Shown piece after piece: positions 50,601 to 63,740 of a stretch of DNA of 64,000 bases. The notes under the pieces were generated by a model. That model was not told the DNA's origin. It did no database searches and saw only the letters and a list, made by a program, of their open reading frames with translations. The position numbers and the translations under genes are program-made. Location of the stretch: contig CM120645.1 of assembly GCA_051362555.1 (NCBI GenBank), positions 11,222,001-11,286,000 on the forward strand, in the 5' to 3' direction. Numbering within the stretch: position 1 is the first letter of the stretch; every line of letters starts with the position of its first letter. The DNA is from Lingula anatina. Its lineage: Eukaryota; Animalia; Brachiopoda.

Positions 50601-53600
50601 GGAGATTAATCAATGAAAAGAAACAATAGTACAAACAAATAACAAAAATGATCGAAATGTCTTTTCAAAACTGGGATAATTATATCAAAATCTTACAAAA
50701 TAGAAGTAACCAACAGCTTGCAGCAATAATTCAGCAATAATTCAATGCCATCATTGAAAAAAAAAAGACTAGATGCCCAAGATGAGAATGTGTCTGGAGT
50801 TATTAGTCTTCATCTTTCACCTTACCAACACACTCCTCCTCCATGTCCCCTGCTGTGTAACCATGGAGACAAGTGCAGTCATAGGAACCATTCCTGTTTG
50901 CACAATAGGTGGTGCTGAGATCACACGTGTGAAGGCCACGGCTGCATTCATTTATGTCTAAAATAAGTCAGCTTAATTATAATTTTTATCATAATTATAA
51001 ATGTGCAAATAAAGAATGGGAAACAAGACAAAGTGTCATATTTTACAATAATAAAATGCTACCATCTCTTTACAAAATAAAATGTTCACTCTGCTTGTCA
51101 GCAACAGTGTGCAGACAGTTTTACCCCAGAAAAAGAGGGACATACCTACACAAGAGAAGCCATCTGCTCCTAAGGCATAACCCTCAAAACAAAAGCATTC
51201 GTAGTGTGACTCCCCTGCTAAATTTCTACAACCTTGCTGGCAGGCATTTTCTGTTTGGCACTCATCTAAATCTATAAAAGCAAAAATAAAAAGATACGGA
51301 GATGATGTGAGAGTCATAAAACAGAATCAAGCTGATTTCAATACCTTAAGCTCACTAGGACATGGTTTCAAACAAACAAGTCTGTGACAATCCAAAAAAC
51401 GAATTACAAAAACATTTTTGAGCACCTGTTTGCTTTGAAGTCAGTATTTTCAAAGAGCATTTATATAATTTCTTAGCAATATACAAGCAATTGACTTTTA
51501 GGGAAAACACCTTTTTGGCACATCAGAATAATTACCAACACAGGTTTGGCCATTCCCAATCAAACCAAAGGGGCACGCTCCACACCTGTAACCAAGGGGG
51601 TTGTAAAGGAGATCTGAAGCTGGAACATCATGGCAGACGACACCAAAATAACAAGGGTTGTCTGCACAACCATCAATATCTTCCTCGCAGAATTGTCCTC
51701 CATATCCATCCTGGCACATACAGTAAGCAAAGGCAAAGGAGCTCATTTGCTCTTCATGAAACACACAGGTACCATTGTTCTAAAGTAAAGAAGATTACTC
51801 ATGTTAGTGATGAAAATACACATACAATGTCATTTTTATGTCTACCTTTGAGTAAACAAAAAAGGAAAATTTTCAATTTCTCACCAATAAATTTACCAGC
51901 TCTTAACTAGTTGGCTGTCCGCTGTTTTGATTTAACTTTCATTCAAAAGTCATTATTATGTCTCATATAGTACATTATGGCATTCTACAGAACCTCAAAA
52001 TTTATTATTTCTCAATCTAATTCCTAATGCTCTGCCTGTACAAACTACGTAACCTTACTGGCATATAGAATCCTGCTGTCAAATCTCAATTCAAAACATT
52101 ATTGCAAACACATCAGAATCTCCAAGCAAGCAAATAGATGTAAATAAAGAAACAGTTTGATAAAATCAAAATTTATCCACCTTTACCTCACATTTACAGA
52201 AACTAATCTTTGCCCTCCAGACAGACTGGTCCATGCCATCAGACACTATCACAATCATAGAGGGAATGATGGTAGGCCGGACATCTGTCACATTAAACCA
52301 AGCCAGCAGACCCGTGCTGCCATCTATCCTTGCTTCCTTGGGGGCGTCTGCTCGGAGGTGGAATCTGATCCTGTCTCCCTCTCTGTCTGATGCTTCCACT
52401 GTGGTTAGGTTGGGATACGATTCTCCGAGTTTAATGTTCAGTATGATGTCTGAATCATTAGTTTGTCCAAATGGTGGATAATTGCCTGAATATAAATATA
52501 AGCCCTAAATGTTCACCATCTTACTTTTTCATATAACTAACCAATGTTAGTGCTTCCATAATTGTAAAAAAAGAATATTCTGTTAGCTAAATAAACAGGT
52601 GCATCACTTTCTGTAAATACAGCAACTATTTTAGATATGACAATTGTATTAAGCCAATCAAGTTTAGAAAACATGAAACAAATGATATCATCTTAATCCT
52701 TATAAACAGCCATCCACAACAAGGTCTTATACAAAGTACCAAATGGAAAATAAACATTTTAACTAATACCATTATTAGACGAACTCACCAGCATAATAAG
52801 CTTTAAAAGCTTCACAGCTAGAAATAGGACGTCTAGCCAGAAATTTGTCACACTGCCAAGACAATGAGGCTCCAAGTGCAATGTTATTAACATCACAACA
52901 AAAATCGTAGACTGAGTCAGTGAGATCAGCCTCCAGTGTATGCCTCATAAATGTATTGGCACCTTTAACATCAGCATGGTTAACCACGAGAGCCCCGCCA
53001 TCTTGGTAATAACAACACCGGGGTGTAGTCACTGAGGAGCTTTCCTCTTCGTGGATGTCCTTCCTATAGCAGACGATGTGGGGAGGAATGCGGGGGTCGT
53101 CTAGAAAAACAGGCACGGCTTTAGGAACCCTATGGAGCTGTTGTAAGGAGCAAGGACATATTTTTGCATCATTGTAGTTCACCTGTCCGCCCCACAGTGC
53201 ATCTAACTTTTTGTCAGCTTCGATCCAGCGTTCACAATACAATCCGGGATGGGTGAAATTTTTACCTGGGGTGCTAAGCACCCATGTGAAATGACCAGGT
53301 GATTTGGCACCATCTTGTATTTGCTGGTCCATGCGCTCAATGCGTGGCGTTAACTTGATGTCCCGTGCAGTGCGTATGGTAAACCACGAATAATCGTACT
53401 CATAAGTTGTTCTAGAACCTGAAAAAATACATAATATTTCGTTTTATTTTAAATTCTATTTATCTAGTAATGGACTGGGAAATATGCAAGTTTCATGTCT
53501 TTATGAAAAGTGACATCGTGCCTATATTTATTCTACAGTGGACTATACTATGAAGTAAGAAGTACATCACAGAGTGGTGCATTTTATTTTCTTTTTAAAA

Positions 53601-56600
53601 CAGAAATTAAAAATCTCTAATTAGTCATAAGAGTCTGAAGTGTCAATTTTCAATTTCAATTTACTGGTAACTCTAGAACATTTCAAAACTTCACTTTACT
53701 CATAACCAGACTTCCCCCCCCCCCACCACCCCCAACTCTCCAGTCTCTTATAATTACCAGGCACAGGTGTCTCTCCAAACTTGACCTTCTTATTCCTGAT
53801 GGCGTATCCCACCCTGACTGGGTAAGTTGGTTGTGTGCGGGTGTCTAACATGATGTTCCAGTTCATACCCCCATCTGCATATATTGTCTCCACTACTGTT
53901 GTCAGGAAATCTGTGGCCAGCACTGTCTGGTAAGTAATGGTCTGCAAGATACAATTTAAATAGTTAATTCCATATTTTATAAGCCATAACTCTGAAATAA
54001 AAAAAAACAAGGAACACTTTTGTAGAATACCATGTTACTGCAAACAAGTCTCTGGACAGGAAAAAAAAGTGCAATCTGTACACTAATTCCAGGGTTTTTC
54101 ATTTTAATTCATTTTTACGCATCATTAAAATGGAGATGTATGTCTTTCACAAAGTTTAAATCATCATAAATTAAACACTTTGAATTAACATTCAAAAGAC
54201 AATATAATACAACCTCATAGTTCTTACTTTTATAACAGAACATTTAAATTCTTCAAATAAATTACTGACATTTTTCACATATTCATTTTAGCACACTTAA
54301 ACTCATAAACACAACTGAAGTATCAACTTTCCAAAGATAATTACTTTGTTAATGTTATCTGGATTCTTGTCAACAGCTGGATAACCCATCTTGTTCCATG
54401 TGACCACCAACATCCAGACAGGCTCAAAGTCGCTGACATTCACCTGATGAAGTAATCCAGAGCCAATGTTACGGACAGTATCCAGAGCAGTGGCAGCCTC
54501 TGGTGACTGGCCTCTTTCAAAAGTGGTGTAATACACGCCACGATCAAGGAACTGGAAGAAATATTCGATGAACGGCTGCAATTATTTCAAATGTGGCAGA
54601 TAATGGTGAATATTTTAGTCTGAATACAAACCTTTATTCAATGTGAAGTAAATCACAATTTAAGTGTTATTGATTAAAAGCATGATTTCGTATTTTGATA
54701 TATCAGATTTATCAGACAAAAATCTTATGGTTGATTTCACAACTTTTTCAGCTGATTGTACATAATGCACATATATGAATTCTTATTCCAACAACCAAAC
54801 TCCATTCTAGACCAAATTTAAAGAATTTAACCTCCAAGATTGCTAGCTGCACAAGTGCCAGTACCTTATCACTTGTATCTACAGCACTAGCCCAATAAGG
54901 TGCTACCAGCGCCCCCTCGTGGTAAACAGGATGAAAGTTGAAGTCGTCCAGACTCTGGCTGTCTCCATAGGGATGGCGGAATGTGTGTCCTCTGCTGAAG
55001 TTGGCGGTGGTTTTGTTCAGGCGGCTGAATAGTATGAGGCCTCCCTTTGTAAACTGTAAGTTTCAAAATGTAAAGACATCAACAATCAATACTGCACTCT
55101 GATTTTTTGATGAAAATAATTCATTAAGATTAATATTTGGAGTAAATCTGTGTAAAATATGTATCATTCATAAGTTCACTGGAAATTAAATATAAAACAT
55201 TTCTTTTCTTATTTTTCTAAATGTGGACAGCATAATCAATAACCAGCAAATCTAGTCACTAAAGCTGAAATCAGGGCCATAATTTTTAATGAACTTTTGA
55301 ACCCATTAAAATAGCTTTAAGGTTGTTAATATACAAAGTTAGGGTTGCACAGCCTCCATATCAAACACTGTTCCAACACGCACACTACCTGCATTTGCTA
55401 AAATCTTAACTTTCCTTAGAGATATGAACTAAATGAACTAAATGAAGCTACTTACATACAGAGAAGGGAAGAAGTTCTCATTCAGTGGTATGGAATATGT
55501 CGGGAACAGAAATGGGGAGTACTGCTCTGATGACATCAGCTTTGTGTGTGTGGAGAATGAGGGAAATCTGAACCGCTTTTCTAGAAAAAAAATTAAATTA
55601 TAAATATTATTGATAAGTTCCCTTAATGCAATCAGTAACAAGTTGCCACTTTGATAGCTTGGGAACCCTCAACTTGATGATGATATGACTAAATGGAAAG
55701 TGGATATAAAAAACAGAAATTTACAGCTGGGAGACAATGGGCCTCTCCAGTTTAAAATTTATGTAGTAATTATAATCAACACTAAAACATTATCTTTTTA
55801 GTTGAAATACTTTTCCAAAGTTTTCTTTCAAATTTAAGTTATTTTTCATATAATCCTCAAGATATGTTATACAGTTTAAACTTTGAACAAAAAAGTTACG
55901 TTGACATAAATTGACCTAAGCATGTCTTTCCATCCCCCTCATAACCGTCCCTGCAGCTGCACTGGAAGCCCCCAACAGTGTTTGTGCAGACGGCTTTTTC
56001 TGCAGGACCACAATCTGTCATGTTTTCTTCACACTCATTGACATCTGAAGAAGAGGATTCTTAAGATTAAATGAACAAATAAAAAAAGTTACCCAAATTC
56101 TGTACATCTACTTTGCTTCAGAAACAAGTGTATATAAAAATGTTTATCATTTGCAGCAACTCACAAGCGCCATACTTTTTTGCATGAAGAGCTCCTCAAA
56201 GCGTTCAAATCTTTGTTTCTAAGTATTATTACCATACTAAAACAAAATTCATACATTTTTCTTAAATCAGAGAAAAACATCCAGGCACGTTTTTTTTTTT
56301 TTTTTTTTTTTTTTCAGGAATACTGTGCATTAAAATCAAATTAAGTACTAATGATAATTATTTCACCCAAACTCCACAATAAATCTATTGTACTAGGTAG
56401 TTCAAACAAACTACACGGGGACTCTGGCTGAATGCAATCAGACTAATGCACCACCTCTTGTTTTCCAATTAATTCGAATAATCACAAGCTTTTCTGAATT
56501 CTACTCGACGCCAGGTGGAGGTATGCTAATCTCAATATGTCAATATGATTGTATTCAGAGTTAGTTTGACCTAGGTAGTATGATAGTTACATTATGGACC

Positions 56601-59600
56601 CACCCTTACTTGGTGACACCTACCCTCACAGTGGTGTAGACTTCCATTGACATACTTAAACCCCCTGTGACACTGGCAGATGTACCCCCCATCAACATTA
56701 ACGCAGCCCTTCACTCCTGGATGCAGACTGCCAGTCAGGTTGTCCAAACACTCGTTGGCTCCAAACAAACACTCATTGTCATCTGGAACAGAGATGGGAA
56801 CACTGTGAAAAGCATGACCATAACAACTCTTTTTTTGAAAATAAATTTATTTTCAAATCATTAAGTCCATTCTTGTTTTAAAAAGCTACTGGTCTGTCAA
56901 GTGGTAGCAATCAAAATAGTCTCATGATCAAAATGCATGTTGCATAGCTAGCTAATGAGTGTATGGAACCTGTAGACTTTTAAATAGTAGCACAAGTACC
57001 TATCTTTATTTTCTTTATTTAAAGCAAAAAATGTTAATGCCAATAAATGAAATTAGAAACAGTTCATTTATTCAAAGTTTTTAAAATTAAAACTAAGTTC
57101 TGACTTTTACCCTACTTAAAAATAACATAAGATTTTTCTTCCAACAAATTACCAAGTAAGATATCATTCTCTAAATACATGCAAAAACCACAAAACAAAC
57201 TTCTCTATCCATTTCCAACAACAAAAACATGGTCCTCCCAAAGCATGTAATGAATTATACAATACTCTGTCAAATTACTGAAATTCTACCCAATGTAGGA
57301 AACCATTCTGTTTCTGTGTTAATTATGGGCTACTAGTATATACCCTGAGTTTCAGAGATAATTGTACAGAGAATATACAGACACTGCCATACTTTACCAA
57401 CACACAATGTCCTGTTGTTCTCAGGGTGGTAGCCTGGGGCACACATACAGTTGTACACTCCCCCTGGCCCACTGCGGCACTCGTGTAGACCCCTACCATC
57501 TGGATTGCAGGGGTCTCCCCAGGGGTCCTGGCAGGGGTCTCTAGGTGCTAAAAATACATTAACAGCATGAAGTGATGCTTTCTGACAGAGATATAAAAGA
57601 GGTTATTATAATCACCTGCTACTCTATGACCCCATTTCCAGAGATTAGATCGATCTACTTTAGATCGACCTAACTCCCTGGGGGGTTCACGCTAAATAGC
57701 TGTCAGCCGAGCAGACACGAAAGTTAATTACCCCCTTACTGCTTGCAGTAGGTGGGATGGACATTTAAGCCGCATTATCTGACAGTAATCTAGTGAGACT
57801 CCCCGCGGGGATAGATCGATCTAAAAGCTCTGGGAATACAGCCTATGTGTTAAAGCCTATAACTTATAAAACTGTCACATCACTTAAACAGTCTGACATT
57901 GCTAACTGGGGATAGTCAAATTGACCAAGAGAAAAATTGTTGACTAAAAGCTGTATAAAAGTGTAAAAAAAAAAAAATGGATGAACTAAAATTAATAGTG
58001 AAACAGCTGATGAAGCGTGATATAAATTATTTCTGTTCACATACCATATCACTAAGTTATGTGAATCTGTAGATTTGAGCCACTGCAAAAATGAATATTA
58101 CATATTATGAATAAAAAGAAAAAGAAAAGGCTTTAATGAAAATAAAGAAAAAATATGAAATTTATTTTCACTTAACAAAAAACATAAATTCATACATCTA
58201 CAAATTATGAAATGCAAATCAATAAGTGCAATTTTTACTGATCCAAATGATATTTCACATATTTTATCTACACAAAGAAAATAAATCATACATAAATTTT
58301 AACTTACTGATGCACTCTGTTAGATTATAACAATCTTTGAATTCTTCTGGGTCACCCTGACCTTGACCTTGACATTCATGACCTCTGGGTGACCCTGTGA
58401 CATCAATACAGAGCCTGTTTCTTAAGTGAAAGGCCCTACCACACGGCTGGGAACACTCACCCCAGGAGCTCCATTCTGTATAATATGGCAGTCCTTAAAG
58501 GAAAAAATTTAGGTGATCTTTTGGGGCATTAATGAGACGGGTCAGACTAAAACCATGGGTACTGCCAACCTACGCTGGTGGTACAACTAGCTTAACAGAT
58601 GCCATATAAAAATTAAATTTATTTTTCCCTGCACTTTCTTGATATCATGCAAAAATTAAAAAATATAAAACATATCAGTAATGTCATGTGCCCTGAACTG
58701 TGGCTAGATATTTTCAACATCAGCTATTTGCATTAAGGCATACAAGCACAAAGAAAGAAAGAGAGAGAAAGAGAGAGATTTCATTTTACATACTGTATTG
58801 ACAATGCCTCCCAGTAGTATAAGGAATACAGTAACACTGGTATCCATTGATGAAGTCCGTACAAGTGCCATTGTTCTCACACTGGGTCCAGTAACACTCA
58901 TCTATATCTGCAATATATCATTGTAATAATACACTTTGTAAAACCCCATTTGTTAATTAATAATTTTTAACATAATTTACTTGAGATTTTACATTTTTAA
59001 GGAAAAATGTCAATACAATAAGAATATCTGTACAAATGGAATTAATTTGCAGGTTACTAAAGAATGCACACATAAAAAAACAAAATGCAGCTTTATTATT
59101 ATTATCAGCATAATGATGACTATGTCATGTGATTTGTTTTTGACAATATCACATACCCTCGCAGGCACACACAGGTCAACTTACCTATCTCACACCTCCT
59201 CCCAGCATATCCTGGCAGGCACTCACAGGTAAACTTGTTCACCTCGTCCTTGCATGTCCCTCCATTAAGACATGGGGACGATGAACACTCGTTTATATCT
59301 GAAAATTCAGTGCAGTTTGTATCCAAGGTGCATGTCTTTAAAGTTTAGTCCAGCAAGCCATCACAACTTAAATTCTGTCACTAATATCTGTAACATGCAT
59401 GTTAAAGGCAGCCACTCTTGATAAAAAGAACACAGTGCCTGTACAAAATGATGTCAGCCCATTCCATATACCCTGTGGATTACTGTATATTGTTACATAG
59501 ATAACTATAAAAAATTTTAATAGAAAACTGTACCTGATCACAATTTCTATAGCTATGTTTTCCTGTATTTTTGCAAAGTAAAAGGGGAAATCATCCATCA

Positions 59601-62600
59601 CTTCTGTTCTCTTACCTATTTCACAGAAAACCCCTGAATACCCTGGGGAGCATTCACAGACAAAGCCATTTTCCAGATCAATACACTGTTCAGTGCCATT
59701 GGAACATGGAGAACTTGCACATTCGTCTACATCTGAAACATAAATGAAAGATGTGACTCTTGTTGCTTAACACGCTCATTTTTCTCAATTGTTATAATTA
59801 TACCTGAATAAAATAACAGCAATCAGTAATTTGCCAGAATGACCACACGATTCCCAAAAACACTTTTAAAGAAACTGCATATACCAAAAGCCACTACCAA
59901 AAGTATTTCATTTTATATTATGCCAGACTATAGTATTACTACCCTATGTCCATCTGTATTTGTTCCCATTACAGAGAACTGTAAGCCATGCTTTTACTCA
60001 TTTTGGGATGAACTTATCAAGACTTATATCAGCAGGCTGCTAGATGATATCATTACCTCAGTGTAAAAAAAGTTGTAGCCTACTGGCCCATTAGCTAAGA
60101 ATCTGCTGAACAAAAGTAGAAACAGGGGCCTGTAACTTGTTTAACTGTCTGCAATGACTACGGTTTACTGGCAAGGGGGCCTGAGTGTCACAGGCTATGC
60201 TCATAACCTACTGTACCTATTGTGCAGTTGCTCCCTGAGTACCCTGGCCTGCAGATACACGTGTAGTTATTGAGACCATCAATACAGGTGGAACCATTTC
60301 CACAGGGTGCGGAACTACAGTCGTCTATATCTGGAACAAGTGATTGGTGAGTGTAAAGATTTAACTTTCCTCTGTTTTGTTTTTTTTTTTTTTTTTTTTT
60401 TGTCTTGTAGACAAAACAAGGCAGCAAAGCTGTCAAATGTACAGACAAAGAACAGAAAATAAAGATGCAAATAAGTGAAAAATTAAATTTTCACAAAAAA
60501 ACTGTTAAATTGCCAGAAAAATTTACCAAACAGACTGCGTTGCCTATTGAAGCTGTATTTTAGTCCCATGTTTCTTTCCTATAAGTTTGAGAACAGTAAG
60601 TGACATGATTTCCCTTAAATGGTCATCATAGGAGCAGTGCCCAAAATAGGGGTTTCTTCAAATTTTGATACAACATTAAATAATGTTTAACAGCATAATG
60701 ACAATCAAATGTTATTAATAAAATATTAGTAACAAGGACATTCAGAAAATGTGACAAGCAAAAGTCTTCAAGATCATGGAACTTTAAAGTCACACCTTGA
60801 AAATGCCAATATGCGAAAAATTAAATTTTCACAAAAAACTGTTTAACTGCCAAAAAAAAAAAAAAAAAAAAAAAGACTGCATTGCCCACTGAAGCTGTAT
60901 TTTAGTCCCATGTTTCTTTCCTGTAAGTTTGAGAACAGTAAGTGACATGATTTTCCTTAAATGGTCATCATGGAAGCAGTGCCCAAAATAGGGGTTTCTT
61001 CAAATTTTGATGCAATATTACATAATGTTTAACAGCTTAATGACCATCAATTTTTAATTATAAAATATTTGTATCACAGATATTCAGAAAATGTGACTAG
61101 CAAAGGTCTTCAGGCCCATGGAACTTCAAAGTCACGCCTTGAAAATGCCAAAATGTAAACAAGACGGCACTGTTCTGAAATGGGTTTATTTCCATTTTTA
61201 ACACTTTTTTTAACATAAAAGAAAATAAACATTTTACTGCCATTTTTATATGACCAACTAAAAAAATTGATGAGATGGGAAAAGTATCAATAGAACAGTG
61301 TTAAATGTCCAATTTCCTCCATTCTGAGATTCTGAACATAGTGGATGATTGAATCTGACAAACTGCAATGATATGAGTTTATTTCCATTTTTGACACTTT
61401 ATTACACAATACATGATAACAAGTTTACCATGTTTTTTACATAATCAACTAACAATGTTGTAAAGATGCAGGAAATATCAAACAAACACTTTTAGGCATC
61501 TTATTAGTTAAATAATGAGACTGTTAACATGCTTAAGAATTGAATCTGAGGAAATGTGAAAAAAAAACAGTATAACTTCTAAAATAATGGCCCGATTATG
61601 CTGATTTTCGAACTCAACCTGCGTTTTAGTAAGATTGACCACTCCTGTGAGTATAATTACAATTGGCCAATCCGTTTTTCTTATATTGTGTTATCAGTGT
61701 TGCATTTATATTGAAAATAGTGAAAAAACAGCATAAATTCCCTCAAAATAGCCCAATCATGCTGATTTTCGAACTTGACCTGCGTATTATGAATATTCAT
61801 CAGTTCTGTAAGTTTCAAGTCAAAAGGTAAAATGGTTTTCCACTTATCGTGTTATCGGTGCTGCATATATGCTGAAAAAAGTGAAAAAACAGCATAAATT
61901 ACCTAAAAGTGACCTGATCATGCTGATTTTCGAACTTGACCTGCGTATTATGAATATTCATCAGTTCTGTAAGTTTCAAGTCAAAAGGTAAAATGGTTTT
62001 CCACTTATCGTGTTATCGGTGCTGCATATATGCTGAAAAAAGTGAAAAAACAGCATAAATTCCCTAAAAGTGACCCGATCATGCTGATTTTCGAACTAGA
62101 CCTGCGTATTATGAATATTCATCAGTTCTGCAAGTTTCAAGTCAAAAGGTAAAATGGTTTTCCACTTATCGTGTTATCGGTAAAAGTGCACGGCGACGAC
62201 GACGGCGACGACAGACGCAGATGATGGCTATATGTACAGACACATCTGTGTCTGTACATAAAAAATTCATTTTTCATTCAAAAGTTGTATGGAAAGAGTC
62301 TTACTACTCAAAATCTAGCTTAGGTTCTCTCTACTGTTTTACTGTTTACCTTAGCAGAAACTAGTCGAGACTTTAAACAAGCTACTTACCGATGCCGGAT
62401 CACTTCAGTTGATTAAAATGGCTCTTGACGAGTAAATGGAATAGATATGCTACTCCTTATAATTTTTATAAAAGCATGAAAGCACACAACCCCAACACAA
62501 ACACGACATTAAAAACTTACCGTTTGAGCAGTTTCTACCTTCATATCCTAAAGAGCAGAGACACGTGTAGTTGTTTACACCTTCTATGCACGTGGCGCCG

Positions 62601-62637
62601 TTGTCACATGGGGCAAAACGCTCGCATTCGTTAATAT
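39714..62637 (-). CDS. Large single-pass EGF/NIDO/AMOP receptor (mucin-like/fibrillin-like), 5' end not identified; about 2,196 aa in window
   Basis: 40 phase-compatible exons. EGF: 62637-62521, 60330-60217, 59732-59616, 59298-59185, 58907-58794, 57547-57398, 56782-56624, 56044-55916. NIDO region: 55580-55456, 55053-54865, 54551-54345, 53941-53758. NIDO end and AMOP: 53418-52789. Cadherin/Ig-like: 52485-52187. Two EGF: 51779-51536. 18 EGF exons: 51271-51146, 50957-50826, 50563-50411, 50018-49899, 49691-49548, 49249-49118, 48845-48717, 48389-48261, 47917-47789, 47181-47050, 46677-46555, 46197-46060, 45768-45640, 45205-45080, 44765-44628, 44442-44320, 43973-43845, 43302-43177. TSP1 ([17 protein letters not shown]): 42855-42682. 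SEA-like/T-rich: 42324-42260, 41955-41843, 41518-40874, 40441-40282. TM: 40054-39948. Tail and stop: 39792-39714. Confidence 0.88.
43446..43671. mobile_element. Palindromic MITE, subfamily C
   Basis: ttttagatcgacctaactccctggggg ... actccccacagggatagatcgatctaaaa; close copy at 57627-57843. Confidence 0.75.
44570..44617. repeat. (CA)n microsatellite
   Basis: About 23 CA units next to an EGF exon donor. Confidence 0.95.
47490..47788 (-). repeat. Exon-derived 41-bp minisatellite x 7
   Basis: ccttca.. unit starts at 47501, 47542, 47583, 47624, 47665, 47706, 47747; the real donor is at 47788. Confidence 0.95.
50067..50247. mobile_element. MITE with TA TSD (Tc1/mariner-like)
   Basis: ta|cagtctggggtagtgctaaca ... 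tgctagcactaccccagacag|ta. Confidence 0.75.
57627..57843. mobile_element. Palindromic MITE, subfamily C copy
   Basis: Aligns over its length with 43446-43671 (agttaattacccccttac core, gatcgatcta arms). Confidence 0.75.
58340..58590 (-). mobile_element. Degenerate 5' part of a family-A-like Helentron-type element
   Basis: gactaaaaccatgggtactgccaacctacgctggtggtacaa (about 58545-58586) resembles the reverse complement of 19103-19147; tgaccttgacc motifs near 58360. Confidence 0.55.
60413..62264 (-). mobile_element. Non-autonomous Helentron-type element, family D, with internal 161-bp and 339-bp repeats
   Basis: 5' subTIR plus inverted repeat tatgtacagacacatctgtgtctgtacata (62231-62260), (gac/ggc)n microsatellite 62191-62215, 161-bp units (atgctgattttcgaac at 61598, 61759, 61920, 62081), 339-bp duplication (60477 and 60816), 3' subTIR atgtacagaca (60437) beside hairpin ggcagcaaagctgtc. 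Remnant ends also near 5437-5472 and 4555. Confidence 0.8.
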
Positions 62638-62847
62638 CTGAAAAGTTGTAAATTATTAAATTTATCTTTTTAAATTTAATCATTCAATTCCTCTCCAAAA
62701 TGACTATGAAGGAGAGGCAGTAATTATAACAGTTAACTGGTATAATTATTGGAAACTTGAGAGAGTAAATTAAGTTATACCCAATTTACTGATGTGAAAA
62801 AACAAAGGAATATCTTCGCAGACTTTTTTCTCTTTACTATTATTATT

Positions 62848-63681
62848 AGGATTCCCCATAGGGGAATGCTATTGTTTTTGGTAGTATTATTATTATAGTT
62901 ATTCTTTCCGCACGTTTTTTTTCGCAAAAAATCTGAAATAATTTACATAGGTAGCCTGTGGTAAGAATATGCCATAGACCCAGTTTCAGTGACCTTGACC
63001 TACTTTTCAAGGTCACAGGAGCTTTTAAAGGCAAAATTTGTAAAATTTGAAATTGCCATTAGGCCTAAAGTATAAGCCATATGGCTAAGGGGCTTATGGC
63101 CAATAATACTGAGACAAATCTACAGATAATGACCTACTTTTATGCAAGTAGGTCAAGGTCAAGGTCGCTAATGGCCAAACGGGCTAAAAAAAGGTTTGTT
63201 TCCGAGATCTCAAAAACCGGAAGGCCCAGAGCCCCGATCATAGTGGCAAATGATGCCCTATATATTTATCTAAGGTTAGCCATACTATGGTAGCAACTGC
63301 CTAATTACTTTTTTTAATATATATTTTTTAATATTTATGACATTGCAGAAATCTTGAGTTTGGCAATTTCTCCATGAAACACTGGTTTTTGGTCATGGCA
63401 TGCTATAGTAAACTACCCCAAACATATACCCAAAACCTCTGAATCAAATGTCAAATTTGACCTTGACCCTCATTTTCAAGGTCATTCGGCTATTTAATGG
63501 AGAAATATTGAAGTGGGCTAAAAGTGATGTTTTGTTGCCCCCCCCCCCCCCCAATTCGCACATGCTCTTTCAGAATATGGGGTCAAATTTAACTTATGAC
63601 CTTCACATGACCTTGTAAGAGCATTTCCACGCCTATTTGCAGGGGAATCCTCCGCCACTGGCTTTAGCCAGTTGCAGTCTA

Positions 63682-63684
<3 letters not shown>
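62848..63684 (+). mobile_element. Non-autonomous Helentron-type element, family E
   Basis: 5' aggattccccataggggaatgc (subTIR plus IR), (att)n tract, internal tgaccttgacc motifs, 3' subTIR ggggaatcct, hairpin actggctttagccagt and ctagtt end; flanked by (att)n. Confidence 0.8.

Positions 63685-63736
<52 letters not shown>
63683..63736. repeat. (ATT)n microsatellite
   Basis: About 18 tandem att units. Confidence 0.95.
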
Positions 63737-63740
<4 letters not shown>

